Source of the DNA: an uncultured Bifidobacterium sp.
GTDB taxonomy: Bacteria; Actinomycetota; Actinomycetes; S36-B12; UBA5976
Direction: 5' to 3'
NCBI GenBank assembly: GCA_964469855.1
Contig: CAYXYW010000003.1
Coordinates: 1-36,984, forward strand
Length of the DNA: 36,984 bases
Part shown: positions 28,933 through 36,984 of the stretch, in pieces
Position numbering within the stretch: the first letter of the stretch is position 1
Layout of the letters: every line of letters starts with the position of its first letter
Position numbers and translations under genes: made by a program
Notes under the pieces: generated by a model
What the model was told of the DNA's origin: nothing
Seen by the model: only the letters and a program-made list of their open reading frames with translations
The model's database searches: none

Positions 28933-29084
28933 CTTGCCCCTATCTAAGCCGATGTAACACCTATTTAACACGCCAGCCACCCGCTCAACGCGCAAGTAAC
29001 CTGTCAGAAGTTCTAAGGTTCACCAAACCGGGCTTCCCCGCCCCTTCTCCGGTTTCCAACTTACGAGAAGTCCCAGGAGGACCC

Positions 29085-30521
29085 GTGCTGGAAAGCTTGT
29101 TCAAAATCAAACAACGAGGATCCACGGTCGGAACTGAAATCCGCGGTGGTCTTGTTACGTTCTTAACGATGGCTTACATCATCGTGCTAAATCCGCTGAT
29201 TCTGGGTTACACCCCAGATATCAACGGTGAGTTCCTAGCTGGTGGCGAAGCACCAAACTTGCCAATGATTGCTGCTGCAACTGCATTAGTAGCAGGTGTG
29301 CTAACCATTTTGATGGGAGCGGTTGCTAACTTCCCGCTAGCACTTGCAACTGGATTGGGCATTAACGCCTTCGTTGCTCGAATTGCAGCTAACTACATGT
29401 CTTGGAATGAAGTAATGGGACTTGTAGTACTTGAAGGTTTAATTATTACCGTATTGGTGCTAACTGGATTCCGTGTTGCAGTTTTCAAAGCAATCCCACG
29501 ACAATTAAAAGTTGCCATCTCAGTTGGTATTGGTTTGTTCATTGCACTAATTGGTCTAGTTGACGCTGGCTTTGTGCGTTGGACACAGTCTGCTGTACCA
29601 CCGCTAACACTTGGCGTTGGTGACAAATTAGTTGGTTGGCCAGTAGTTGTCTTCATTCTCGGTGTGCTGACTATTTCAGTGCTTTATGCTAGAAAAGTTC
29701 GTGGTGCTATCTTGATCGGCGTTGTTGGTGCCACTGTGCTTGCGGTTATTTTGGAAGCCGCCTACAAGATTGGTCCAGCATTTGTGTCGCCAGAAGAAAA
29801 TAACCCAAGTGGTTGGGGTCTTAATGTGCCATCAATTCCAGATTCATTTGTTGCAACACCAGATTTTGGTTTGCTAGGTCAGTTTGACCTGCTTGGTGGC
29901 TTTGCCACTGCCGGTTTACTAACCGCTGGTTTGTTGGTGTTCTCGCTGTTGATTACTGACTTCTTTGACACTATGGGAACTATGACTGCAATCAGTGCGG
30001 AAGCTGGTTTAACTGATAGCAATGGCAATATCCCAAGTGCTGATCGAATCTTGTTAGTTGACTCACTTGCTGCCGTTGCTGGTGGTGCAGCTGGCGTTTC
30101 ATCAAACACCTCTTACATTGAATCTGCCTCTGGTGTTGGTGAAGGTGCTCGCACCGGATTGGCTTCAGTAGTAACTGGTGTTGCGTTCTTGCTAGCAACT
30201 TTCTTATCACCATTAGTTGCGCTAGTGCCTTATGAAGCTGCCACTCCAGCATTGATCGTGGTTGGTTTCTTGATGATGACCCAAATTAAGGATATTGACT
30301 GGACCGATGTTTCCATTGCACTTCCAGCATTCCTGACCATCATCTTGATGCCATTTACCTACTCAATTGCAGTTGGTATTGGTGCCGGCTTTGTAACTCA
30401 CGTACTACTTAAAGCATTCACTGGCAAAGCAAAAGACATTCACCCAATGATGTGGGTGGCTGCTGGTGCGTTCTTTATTTACTTTGCGAAGTACCCAATT
30501 GAAATTTTATTCGGTATTTAA
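29085..30521 (+). CDS. NCS2/AzgA-family purine (adenine/guanine/hypoxanthine) permease
   Basis: 478-aa polytopic membrane protein. The N-terminal motif GSTVGTEIRGGLVTFLTMAYIIVLNP is typical of the AzgA/PbuG/GhxP group. GTG 29085 is preceded by AGGAGG at 29075-29080. Confidence 0.88.
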   Translation: MLESLFKIKQRGSTVGTEIRGGLVTFLTMAYIIVLNPLILGYTPDINGEFLAGGEAPNLPMIAAATALVAGVLTILMGAVANFPLALATGLGINAFVARIAANYMSWNEVMGLVVLEGLIITVLVLTGFRVAVFKAIPRQLKVAISVGIGLFIALIGLVDAGFVRWTQSAVPPLTLGVGDKLVGWPVVVFILGVLTISVLYARKVRGAILIGVVGATVLAVILEAAYKIGPAFVSPEENNPSGWGLNVPSIPDSFVATPDFGLLGQFDLLGGFATAGLLTAGLLVFSLLITDFFDTMGTMTAISAEAGLTDSNGNIPSADRILLVDSLAAVAGGAAGVSSNTSYIESASGVGEGARTGLASVVTGVAFLLATFLSPLVALVPYEAATPALIVVGFLMMTQIKDIDWTDVSIALPAFLTIILMPFTYSIAVGIGAGFVTHVLLKAFTGKAKDIHPMMWVAAGAFFIYFAKYPIEILFGI

Positions 30522-30530
30522 TTCGCAGTA

Positions 30531-30572
30531 AAAATAACCGGTGTAGCAGATTTGCTGCACCGGTTATTTTTT
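30531..30572. terminator. Bidirectional rho-independent terminator between convergent permease and cupin genes
   Basis: Positions 30531-30547 pair with 30554-30570 (about 17 bp including one G-U; the GC core is CCGGTG.AGC/GCT.CACCGG). The loop is 6 nt. An A tract lies 5' and a T tract 3', so a U tract follows the hairpin on either strand. Confidence 0.7.
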
Positions 30573-30924
30573 ATTCTTCGCGATTTACTAAATCAGGCGA
30601 AAATGCCGGCAAACAGATTGCAACATATTCAGTCTCAACATCTAATGTGGAATAGCGAATCCGCTCTCCTGCTTTAGTTATTACTGCTTGACCAGCACCA
30701 ATTATGGTTATTCCATCATTGTGTTCTAACTGAACTTTACCTCGCAAGACTAAGGTGATCTCATCAAATTGTGGGGTTTGAAATGGTTCAGTCCAATTTG
30801 GCGGTGCCACCATTTTGGCTACCGATACATCAGTATTGCCAGAATTAACTAACCCAACAAATTCCAATATCTCTTTACCACCTGGCACTTCAATTGCAGT
30901 TGCTGCGGTGATTAACTTTGGCAT
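30571..30924 (-). CDS. Cupin-domain protein, unknown function
   Basis: 117-aa ORF with a beta-rich, cupin-like core (EITLVLRGKVQLEH.DG...AGQAV....GERIRY). Its start shares a nucleotide with the deoA stop at 30924. It is the last gene of the nucleoside operon. Confidence 0.65.
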   Translation of the reverse strand: MPKLITAATAIEVPGGKEILEFVGLVNSGNTDVSVAKMVAPPNWTEPFQTPQFDEITLVLRGKVQLEHNDGITIIGAGQAVITKAGERIRYSTLDVETEYVAICLPAFSPDLVNREE

Positions 30925-32213
30925 TATGCTCCTATTCGACCCAAGATTAATTCTGGTTTGGAAACAGTTTGACTGCTGGAAATCTCGATTGCATCAGTTA
31001 GCGCAGCTAACGCTGATTCAAATCTAGCTTCGTCATCGGTATGGAGAGTTAACATTGGTGCACCAGCGGTTATCTTTCCGGCCAACTCAATTTGCCAAGT
31101 AACACCGGCAGCGGCCTGCACCGAATCTTCTTTCCGAGAGCGACCTGCGCCCAATCGCCAGGCTGCAATTCCTACTGCCAGCGCATCAAACTTGGTAATG
31201 GTGCCAGTTGCTGGCGCCACTACCTGATGGGTGAATTTAGCTTTTGCTAGCGGCTGCGACAGATCGCCATGCTGTGCCTTGATCATTGCTTCCCATTTAG
31301 CTAAGGCTTTGCCGTTAGTTAAATTATCAGCTGGGTTAACTCCAGAAATGCCAACCAGGTTAAGCATCTCAGTTGCTAGCTCTACAGTTAATGCCACTAC
31401 ATCCGCTGGACCATTACCGGATAAAACTGCAATTGCTTGCTCTACTTCAAGTGCATTACCTGCGGCCCGGCCCAGTGGTTGTGCCATATTCGTTAGCAGC
31501 GCCTTAGTCTTCACGCCAGCAGCATTACCAATCTCAACCATCGTTTTGGCTAATTCTGTTGCTTGATCTAGCGTCTTCATAAACGCGCCAGAGCCAACTT
31601 TCACATCAAGCACGAGTGCAGAAGTTCCTTCTGCAATTTTTTTACTCATAATTGATGATGCGATTAGCGGAATTGCTGGCACCGTGCCCGTCACATCGCG
31701 CAGCGCATATAGTTTTCGATCTGCGGGCGCCAATCCAGCACCTGCGGCACAAATTACCGCACCAACTTCTTTCAGCACCGAAAGCATTTGATGATTAGAT
31801 AAATTTGCCTGCCAACCTGGAATCGCTTCTAATTTATCTAATGTGCCGCCAGTGTGACCTAATCCGCGACCTGAGAGCTGCGGCACTGCCGCACCAAAAG
31901 ATGCAACCAACGGTGCTAGCGGCAACGTAATCATGTCGCCCACCCCGCCAGTTGAATGCTTATCAACGGTAGGTGCTGCCAAACTAGAAAAATCTAATCT
32001 TTCACCGCTGTTGATCATGGCCTGAGTCCAGTCCACAATCTCACGCATCTTCATGCCATTTAACAAAATTGCCATCGCCATCGCTGACATTTGTTCGTCG
32101 GCTACTACGCCTCTAACATAAGCATCAATCATCCAGTTAATTTCAGCTGTGCTGAGCTCACCAAATTCGCGTTTGGTGGCGATTAAATCAACCGCAGAAA
32201 ATGGTTCAATCAT
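30924..32213 (-). CDS. deoA: Thymidine (pyrimidine-nucleoside) phosphorylase
   Basis: 429 aa with motifs DKHSTGGVGD and SGRGLGHTGGTLDKLE. Confidence 0.92.
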   Translation of the reverse strand: MIEPFSAVDLIATKREFGELSTAEINWMIDAYVRGVVADEQMSAMAMAILLNGMKMREIVDWTQAMINSGERLDFSSLAAPTVDKHSTGGVGDMITLPLAPLVASFGAAVPQLSGRGLGHTGGTLDKLEAIPGWQANLSNHQMLSVLKEVGAVICAAGAGLAPADRKLYALRDVTGTVPAIPLIASSIMSKKIAEGTSALVLDVKVGSGAFMKTLDQATELAKTMVEIGNAAGVKTKALLTNMAQPLGRAAGNALEVEQAIAVLSGNGPADVVALTVELATEMLNLVGISGVNPADNLTNGKALAKWEAMIKAQHGDLSQPLAKAKFTHQVVAPATGTITKFDALAVGIAAWRLGAGRSRKEDSVQAAAGVTWQIELAGKITAGAPMLTLHTDDEARFESALAALTDAIEISSSQTVSKPELILGRIGA

Positions 32214-32614
32214 GAAGTGCTACGAGTTGCTAAATCATCTGGCCCAAATGCATCTGGCAGCAAGGTGGCAAATGGAATTGGACCAGTGCTGGTCATGATC
32301 TGCATAGTTTTGCCGCCGTGTTCCCAAAGCAGCTGTCGACACCTGCCACATGGCGCAACTGGTTGGCCATCGCTGGCGACAACAACTAACGCTGCCAACG
32401 TGCCGCCACCTTTGCTGGCTAAATCACTAACTAAACCGCACTCAGCACAAAGCCCAAGTCCATATGAAGCATTTTCCACATTGCAGCCAGTAATTAATCT
32501 GCCATCGGTAGTGAAGGCGGCAGCGCCAACAGGAAAATTGGAGTATGGGCAGTAAGCAAACTTCAACATTTCTCTAGCTTGCTGCCAAAGAAGTTCCCAA
32601 TTTATCTCACTCAT
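32210..32614 (-). CDS. cdd: Cytidine deaminase
   Basis: 134 aa with zinc ligand motifs CAECG and PCGRCRQ. Confidence 0.92.
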   Translation of the reverse strand: MSEINWELLWQQAREMLKFAYCPYSNFPVGAAAFTTDGRLITGCNVENASYGLGLCAECGLVSDLASKGGGTLAALVVVASDGQPVAPCGRCRQLLWEHGGKTMQIMTSTGPIPFATLLPDAFGPDDLATRSTS

Positions 32615-33852
32615 TTGCTCTCCCCTTTTCGGTAAGGGATGCCATCAGCAGCAGGTGGTCGTAACCGCTGTGAGGCAAATGCCAGCACCAACAGCGTTGC
32701 CAGATAAGGCGCAACCAGCGCAATCTCACGTGGTAGTTGAGTGGTAACTAGGAACCAACTAATCAGCGCTGCTGAAATCACACCTAAACCAAACATGGTC
32801 TGATAGCGCTTCGCTCGCAGGGCAAAAATTGCTAGCGCAAACAGCACTAGCGCACCAAGTAACACAACCGCGCGCATTGCAGTGCCGTTCGCATCGCGTA
32901 GTTGCAGCGCATCGATGTAACCAAACACACCAGCACCAATAGCAGTGCCACCAGGCCGCCAGTTGCCAAAGATCATGGTTGCTAAACCAATAAAGCCGCG
33001 ACCGCCAGTTTGACCTTCTCGGTAAACCCCGCTTGCTGCAATAGCCAAGAATGCACCGCCGAGCGCAGCAAGCATGCCGGACATCAGTACTCCGATGTAC
33101 TTATACAAATAGACATTAACGCCTAATGAATCCGCGGCATGGGGATTTTCACCAACAGAACGAAGTCGAAGGCCAAATGGCGTTCGCCATAGCACATAAC
33201 TTGTTGCCACGAACAACCCAGCTGCAATTACCGTGAGAATTGAAAGTCGGAAAAACACACCTGAGATGAATCCGGCTATTTCCGAAATCATGAAATAACC
33301 AGAGCGGTGAATCTCCACCAACGGATCTGATAACGAATCAAACGTAAATGTTGGTAGTGGTTCAATTGATGGCGATTGCGTTGGACCACCACCTGGTGCT
33401 TTCGCAAAAGCTATCTTGGCAAAAAATTGTGCGAAGCCCAGACCCAAAATATTCATTGCAGTACCGGCAATAATTTGATCAACACCGAAGGTAATTGTGG
33501 CTAACGCAAAAATTGCTGCGCCCACTAAACCAAATACCAGCGCACCGGCTAAGCCAGCCCAGGGTCCGTACTGCCAACCCATCCAACCAGCACCAAATGT
33601 GCCCAGAATCATCATGCCTTCAAGGCCAATATTGACTACCCCAGCACGCTCTGCCCAAAGTCCGCCAAGTCCCGCTAACCCAATTGGTACTGCCAATCCA
33701 AGCGCGGCAGAGATAGTTCCGCGACTAGTTAGATCTAGCACATCGGCCCAGATTCGAACTAATGACAGCGTTGCTAAAACTGAGATAAGTGCAACAAACA
33801 ATTTAACTTTCTTTGAAGCGCTGCTGCGCCAAATTGATATTGCTGCAGTCAT
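32611..33852 (-). CDS. Nucleoside (BMP-type) ABC transporter permease
   Basis: 413-aa polytopic membrane protein of the BPD_transp_2-like class. Its start and stop overlap the neighbouring genes. Confidence 0.85.
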   Translation of the reverse strand: MTAAISIWRSSASKKVKLFVALISVLATLSLVRIWADVLDLTSRGTISAALGLAVPIGLAGLGGLWAERAGVVNIGLEGMMILGTFGAGWMGWQYGPWAGLAGALVFGLVGAAIFALATITFGVDQIIAGTAMNILGLGFAQFFAKIAFAKAPGGGPTQSPSIEPLPTFTFDSLSDPLVEIHRSGYFMISEIAGFISGVFFRLSILTVIAAGLFVATSYVLWRTPFGLRLRSVGENPHAADSLGVNVYLYKYIGVLMSGMLAALGGAFLAIAASGVYREGQTGGRGFIGLATMIFGNWRPGGTAIGAGVFGYIDALQLRDANGTAMRAVVLLGALVLFALAIFALRAKRYQTMFGLGVISAALISWFLVTTQLPREIALVAPYLATLLVLAFASQRLRPPAADGIPYRKGESK

Positions 33853-34913
33853 TATTGGCCTGCCGATCCAACAGCAGTTTGCTGTCTTCTCACTTTAATT
33901 CTTCTAGTCACTTCATAAGCAATAACCACGCTAAGCACAATCACACCTTGCATAATCACAATAATTTCTCTAGGCACGCCAATTAGATCAAGAATCTGAG
34001 CGCTTACATCAAGGAAAGCCCAAAGCAGTGCGCCAAAGGCAATGCCAACTGGGTGATTTCTGCCAAGCAGTGCAATAGCAATGCCAGTAAATCCATAATT
34101 ACCTGGGAAATTAACTGTGAAGGTGTATTGCGCACCAAGCAACAACGGCAAGCCAACTAAACCAGCAACCCCACCAGAGAGCAACATGGCATACACCGTC
34201 ATCCGCTTCACGTTTACGCCGCTAGCAACTGCTGCTGTTGGTGACATTCCGACTGCGCGCAGATCAAATCCAAATCTGGTGCGGTTGAGCAGATACCAAT
34301 AACCAAATCCAAGTGCAATGGCTAATAGCAGCATGCCATAGACCGGAATAGGTGCTGACCCAAGAGGTATACCAGGAATTCGATTTCCCTCAGGAATAAT
34401 TGGCGTGCCAATCACATTCTCTGCAGTTTGCACACCTAGCACCGACGGTGCCATTAAATATGCAATTAGGCCAATTGCGATGAAGTTCAACATAATTGTT
34501 GAGATAACTTCACTTACACCCCTAGCTACCTTTAGCCAAGCTGCAATACCAGCCCAAGCAGCACCAACTAACATCGATATGAAAATGATAATTGGAATTC
34601 CGATATAACCTGGAAAAGTTATATATCCGGCAACCAACGCAGCAACTGCAGTTGCTAATCGATACTGACCATTTACGCCAATATTGAACAAATTCATTTT
34701 AAAACCTATAGCAACTGCAACTGCACTGAAGTAATAAGTTGTTGCGCTATTGAGAATTAGTGCGGTGCTTCTTGGAGTTGTGGCATACTCAAACATTCGC
34801 TGAAATGTTGAGAGTGGATTTGCACCAAAAGCTATTAAGATCAATGATGCAAATACCACCGAGAACAGCACCGCAATCAATGGTGCAATTAAGGTATCTA
34901 GTTTCTTCAGCAT
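33852..34913 (-). CDS. Nucleoside (BMP-type) ABC transporter permease
   Basis: 353-aa polytopic membrane protein paired with the downstream permease. It is coupled to the ATPase stop. Confidence 0.85.
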   Translation of the reverse strand: MLKKLDTLIAPLIAVLFSVVFASLILIAFGANPLSTFQRMFEYATTPRSTALILNSATTYYFSAVAVAIGFKMNLFNIGVNGQYRLATAVAALVAGYITFPGYIGIPIIIFISMLVGAAWAGIAAWLKVARGVSEVISTIMLNFIAIGLIAYLMAPSVLGVQTAENVIGTPIIPEGNRIPGIPLGSAPIPVYGMLLLAIALGFGYWYLLNRTRFGFDLRAVGMSPTAAVASGVNVKRMTVYAMLLSGGVAGLVGLPLLLGAQYTFTVNFPGNYGFTGIAIALLGRNHPVGIAFGALLWAFLDVSAQILDLIGVPREIIVIMQGVIVLSVVIAYEVTRRIKVRRQQTAVGSAGQ

Positions 34914-36430
34914 TATTTCTCAACCTTTACTGCACCAGTCATTGCATTACCCAATTCTTGGGGAGTAACGGTTGCTGGATCAGCATCAGCAACAAATTTA
35001 CCTCGCAAAATAACCTTAATGGAATCACTCATTCCGATCAGTTCATCCAAATCAGCTGAAATTAGTAGCACTGCCAATCCCTTTTCTCTAGCAGCGCGCA
35101 ATTCATCCCAAATCGCTGCCTGTGCACCGACATCAACACCTCGAGTTGGATGAGAAGCAATCAGCAAAATTGGATCGCCAGACATTTCTCGTCCAACAAT
35201 AAACTTTTGTTGATTTCCACCTGAAAGTGCGCTTGCCAACACATCAACGCTTGGTGTTCTAACATCAAATTCTTTAATAATTCTCTTTGCGTCTTCACGA
35301 GCCAGCCGAGGCGTTAACCGAAAGCCGATGGCATTTGGTTTCTTAGTTTGATGGCCCAATATTCGGTTCTCCCACAGCGGCGCATCAAGCAACAGCGCTA
35401 ATCTGGAGCGGTCTTCTGGGATGTACGCAACTCCTAGTTCCCGACGTTTCCTAGTTCCCAAATCTGAAACGTCAATACCATTGATCTCAATCGCACCAGT
35501 TGCTGCTTTTGTTCCCATGATGGCTTCCACTAAATCTGATTGGCCATTACCCTCAACGCCAGCAATTCCCAATATTTCGCCAGCATGAATTTTGAAGGTC
35601 AGGTCTGAAATCTCAGCTTTACCATCTTTATTAACTGCAGTAAGTCCAGTCACGGCGAGCACCACTTTGTCAGTTACGGTGGAGCCGCGAGTTTCTGGTG
35701 TAGGCAGCTCGCTGCCAACCATTAATTCAGCTAATTCTTCGGCAGTTACTGCTTGCGTCTTCAAATTTATTGTGGTCACTGTGGTGCCGCGCCTGATTAC
35801 GGTAATTTCATCCGCGATCTCAAGCACCTCGTCTAGTTTGTGGCTGATGAAGATGATGGTGATGCCTTCTGCTTTTAAGCCTCGAAGCGCTTCAAACAAT
35901 TCATCAACTTCATGTGGCACTAAGACTGCGGTTGGCTCATCCAAGATGAGAATTCGTGCTCCTCGATAAAGCACCTTCAAAATCTCAACTCGCTGTCTAT
36001 CTCCAACGCCAAGATCGCCAACTAAACTGTCCGGATCAATATCTAATCCGTAATTTGTTGATATCTCATTAATTTTTGCTTTAGCTAGCTCGAAATCGAG
36101 TGATCCAGCTTTGCGCGGCTCGCTACCTAACACAACGTTTTCTAACACCGTGAAATTGTCAGCCAACATAAAATGCTGGTGCACCATGCCGATGCCAACA
36201 TCAATCGCATCTGATGGCGAATCAAAAACAATCTCGTTGCCGTTTACTGAAATTGTGCCTTCATCGGCTTTCTGCATGCCGTAAAGGATTTTCATCAAGG
36301 TGGACTTGCCAGCACCATTTTCACCCACGATGGCATGGACCGTGCCAGCTTCGACTTTCAAGTTGATGTCACTGTTAGCAATCACACCAGGGAATCGCTT
36401 CCAGATTCCCTGCAACTGAACTGCGAGCAA
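34913..36430 (-). CDS. Nucleoside/sugar-type ABC transporter ATPase (tandem ATP-binding cassettes)
   Basis: There are two cassettes. The first has GENGAGKSTL, a LGVGDRQRVEI signature region and ILILDEPT. The second has a degenerate GVEGNGQS, LSGGNQQK and LLIASHPTRGVD. I chose TTG 36430 (MLAVQLQGIWKRF) as the start, 7 nt behind AAGGAGAAG. The ORF-track ATG 36505 lies inside a terminator hairpin. Confidence 0.88.
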   Translation of the reverse strand: MLAVQLQGIWKRFPGVIANSDINLKVEAGTVHAIVGENGAGKSTLMKILYGMQKADEGTISVNGNEIVFDSPSDAIDVGIGMVHQHFMLADNFTVLENVVLGSEPRKAGSLDFELAKAKINEISTNYGLDIDPDSLVGDLGVGDRQRVEILKVLYRGARILILDEPTAVLVPHEVDELFEALRGLKAEGITIIFISHKLDEVLEIADEITVIRRGTTVTTINLKTQAVTAEELAELMVGSELPTPETRGSTVTDKVVLAVTGLTAVNKDGKAEISDLTFKIHAGEILGIAGVEGNGQSDLVEAIMGTKAATGAIEINGIDVSDLGTRKRRELGVAYIPEDRSRLALLLDAPLWENRILGHQTKKPNAIGFRLTPRLAREDAKRIIKEFDVRTPSVDVLASALSGGNQQKFIVGREMSGDPILLIASHPTRGVDVGAQAAIWDELRAAREKGLAVLLISADLDELIGMSDSIKVILRGKFVADADPATVTPQELGNAMTGAVKVEK

Positions 36431-36452
36431 AATTCTTCTCCTTGCTGCCGCT

Positions 36453-36495
36453 AAAAAAGTAGGCCCGGACTGACATAACGCCAGCCCGAGCCTAC
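36453..36495 (-). terminator. Intra-operon rho-independent terminator/attenuator after the binding-protein gene
   Basis: On the minus strand there is an imperfect hairpin. GTAGGC (36459-36464) pairs with GCCTAC (36490-36495), and CGG/CCG and CTG/CAG extend the stem. T6 (36453-36458) follows immediately. The element lies between the BMP gene stop (36526) and the ATPase SD. Confidence 0.6.
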
Positions 36496-36525
36496 CGCTA
36501 AGCACTCTATGAATGCTCAGCCAAA

Positions 36526-36984
36526 TTAGTCGAGCGTGCTGCTTACAACGATTTCACCGCTGATGATCTTTGCGGCATATTCGTCAGCAACAGTTGCCAA
36601 TGGGGCCACAGCTGGGTTTGATGATGAGTAACCCACACCTTCACGGCTTAGATCGAAGTTCACGATACCTGATAGTGGAGCACCATCTACCACGCTCTTG
36701 ATTACTTCGTAAACAGATACATCTACTCGCTTTAGCATTGAGGTGATGATGTTGTCTTTGAACTCAGCACGTGCTGGTAGCACGTATTCGTCTGAGTCAA
36801 CACCAATGCCCCAGTAACCAGCGGCAGAGCCACCAGCACCAGCGATTGCCTGATGCATACCAAGTCCTGATCCACCAGCTGCTGCGTAAACAATGTCTAC
36901 GCCACTGTCGATCATGCCTTCAGTTGCAATCTTGGCACGGTCTGGTGCGTTCCATGCGCTGTTGTCACCAGCTGGACCCATGTA
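36526..36984 (-). CDS. BMP-family (PnrA/Med-like) nucleoside-binding lipoprotein, C-terminal part; the gene continues beyond the window
   Basis: The 152+ aa fragment carries the BMP-family region DIVYAAAGGSGLGMHQA...GIGVDSDEY. The N-terminal lipoprotein signal is absent because the window ends. Confidence 0.85.
   Translation of the reverse strand, partial: YMGPAGDNSAWNAPDRAKIATEGMIDSGVDIVYAAAGGSGLGMHQAIAGAGGSAAGYWGIGVDSDEYVLPARAEFKDNIITSMLKRVDVSVYEVIKSVVDGAPLSGIVNFDLSREGVGYSSSNPAVAPLATVADEYAAKIISGEIVVSSTLD

Noticed and set aside
28996-29084. A purine (guanine/adenine) riboswitch upstream of the purine permease.
   Set aside because: Only a short ACCGGGC resemblance is present. The conserved three-way junction core and the P2/P3 loop sequences of the purine riboswitch are not recognisable. 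I report it only as an unclassified hairpin.
1-36984. CRISPR arrays, tRNA/rRNA genes, insertion sequences, integrases, prophage genes or defence-system genes.
   Set aside because: Intergenic space is too small: apart from 28933-29084, every gap is under about 100 nt. No ORF shows transposase, integrase, nuclease or Cas-like motifs, and I saw no spaced direct-repeat array by eye. An exhaustive repeat search was not possible by hand.

Overview
This is a very gene-dense actinobacterial chromosome segment. GC looks mid to upper 40s % by eye (not computed), and only one intergenic gap exceeds 100 nt. I call 35 protein-coding genes and 2 intrinsic terminators. I saw no rRNA, tRNA, CRISPR array, transposase or integrase. 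There are three blocks. (1) 46-12804 is a cell-surface glycopolymer locus: wecB, three GT4/GT2 glycosyltransferases, two UDP-sugar 6-dehydrogenases (so an acidic, uronic-acid polymer) and a Wzm/Wzt (TagGH-like) ABC exporter. A sulfotransferase-like orphan gene sits in the same + strand run as ugd and a PAPS-making cysD-cysNC pair. (2) 12794-21137 is a conserved actinobacterial backbone: purE-purK-birA, then accD5-accE5-maf-accA3, then lpdA. From memory it is colinear with Mycobacterium tuberculosis Rv3275c-Rv3303c. (3) 21195-36984 is a nucleoside uptake and catabolism supercluster: punA, a PGM2-type mutase, ribokinase, deoC, an aldehyde dehydrogenase plus a catalytic-domain-less ALDH paralog, add, a purine permease, a cupin, deoA, cdd and a BMP-type nucleoside ABC importer. 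The most interesting candidate is block 1, which looks like an ABC-transporter-dependent, probably sulfated, teichuronic-acid-like glycan with its own PAPS supply. I do not know of a described equivalent in Actinobacteria. Other points worth a second look are the ALDH-like pseudoenzyme, the cupin in the cdd-deoA operon, a small membrane protein coupled to the single-Cys LpdA-like flavoprotein, and the pervasive 3'-end overlap of convergent genes. All functional calls come from motif recognition in the supplied translations. No database search was run.
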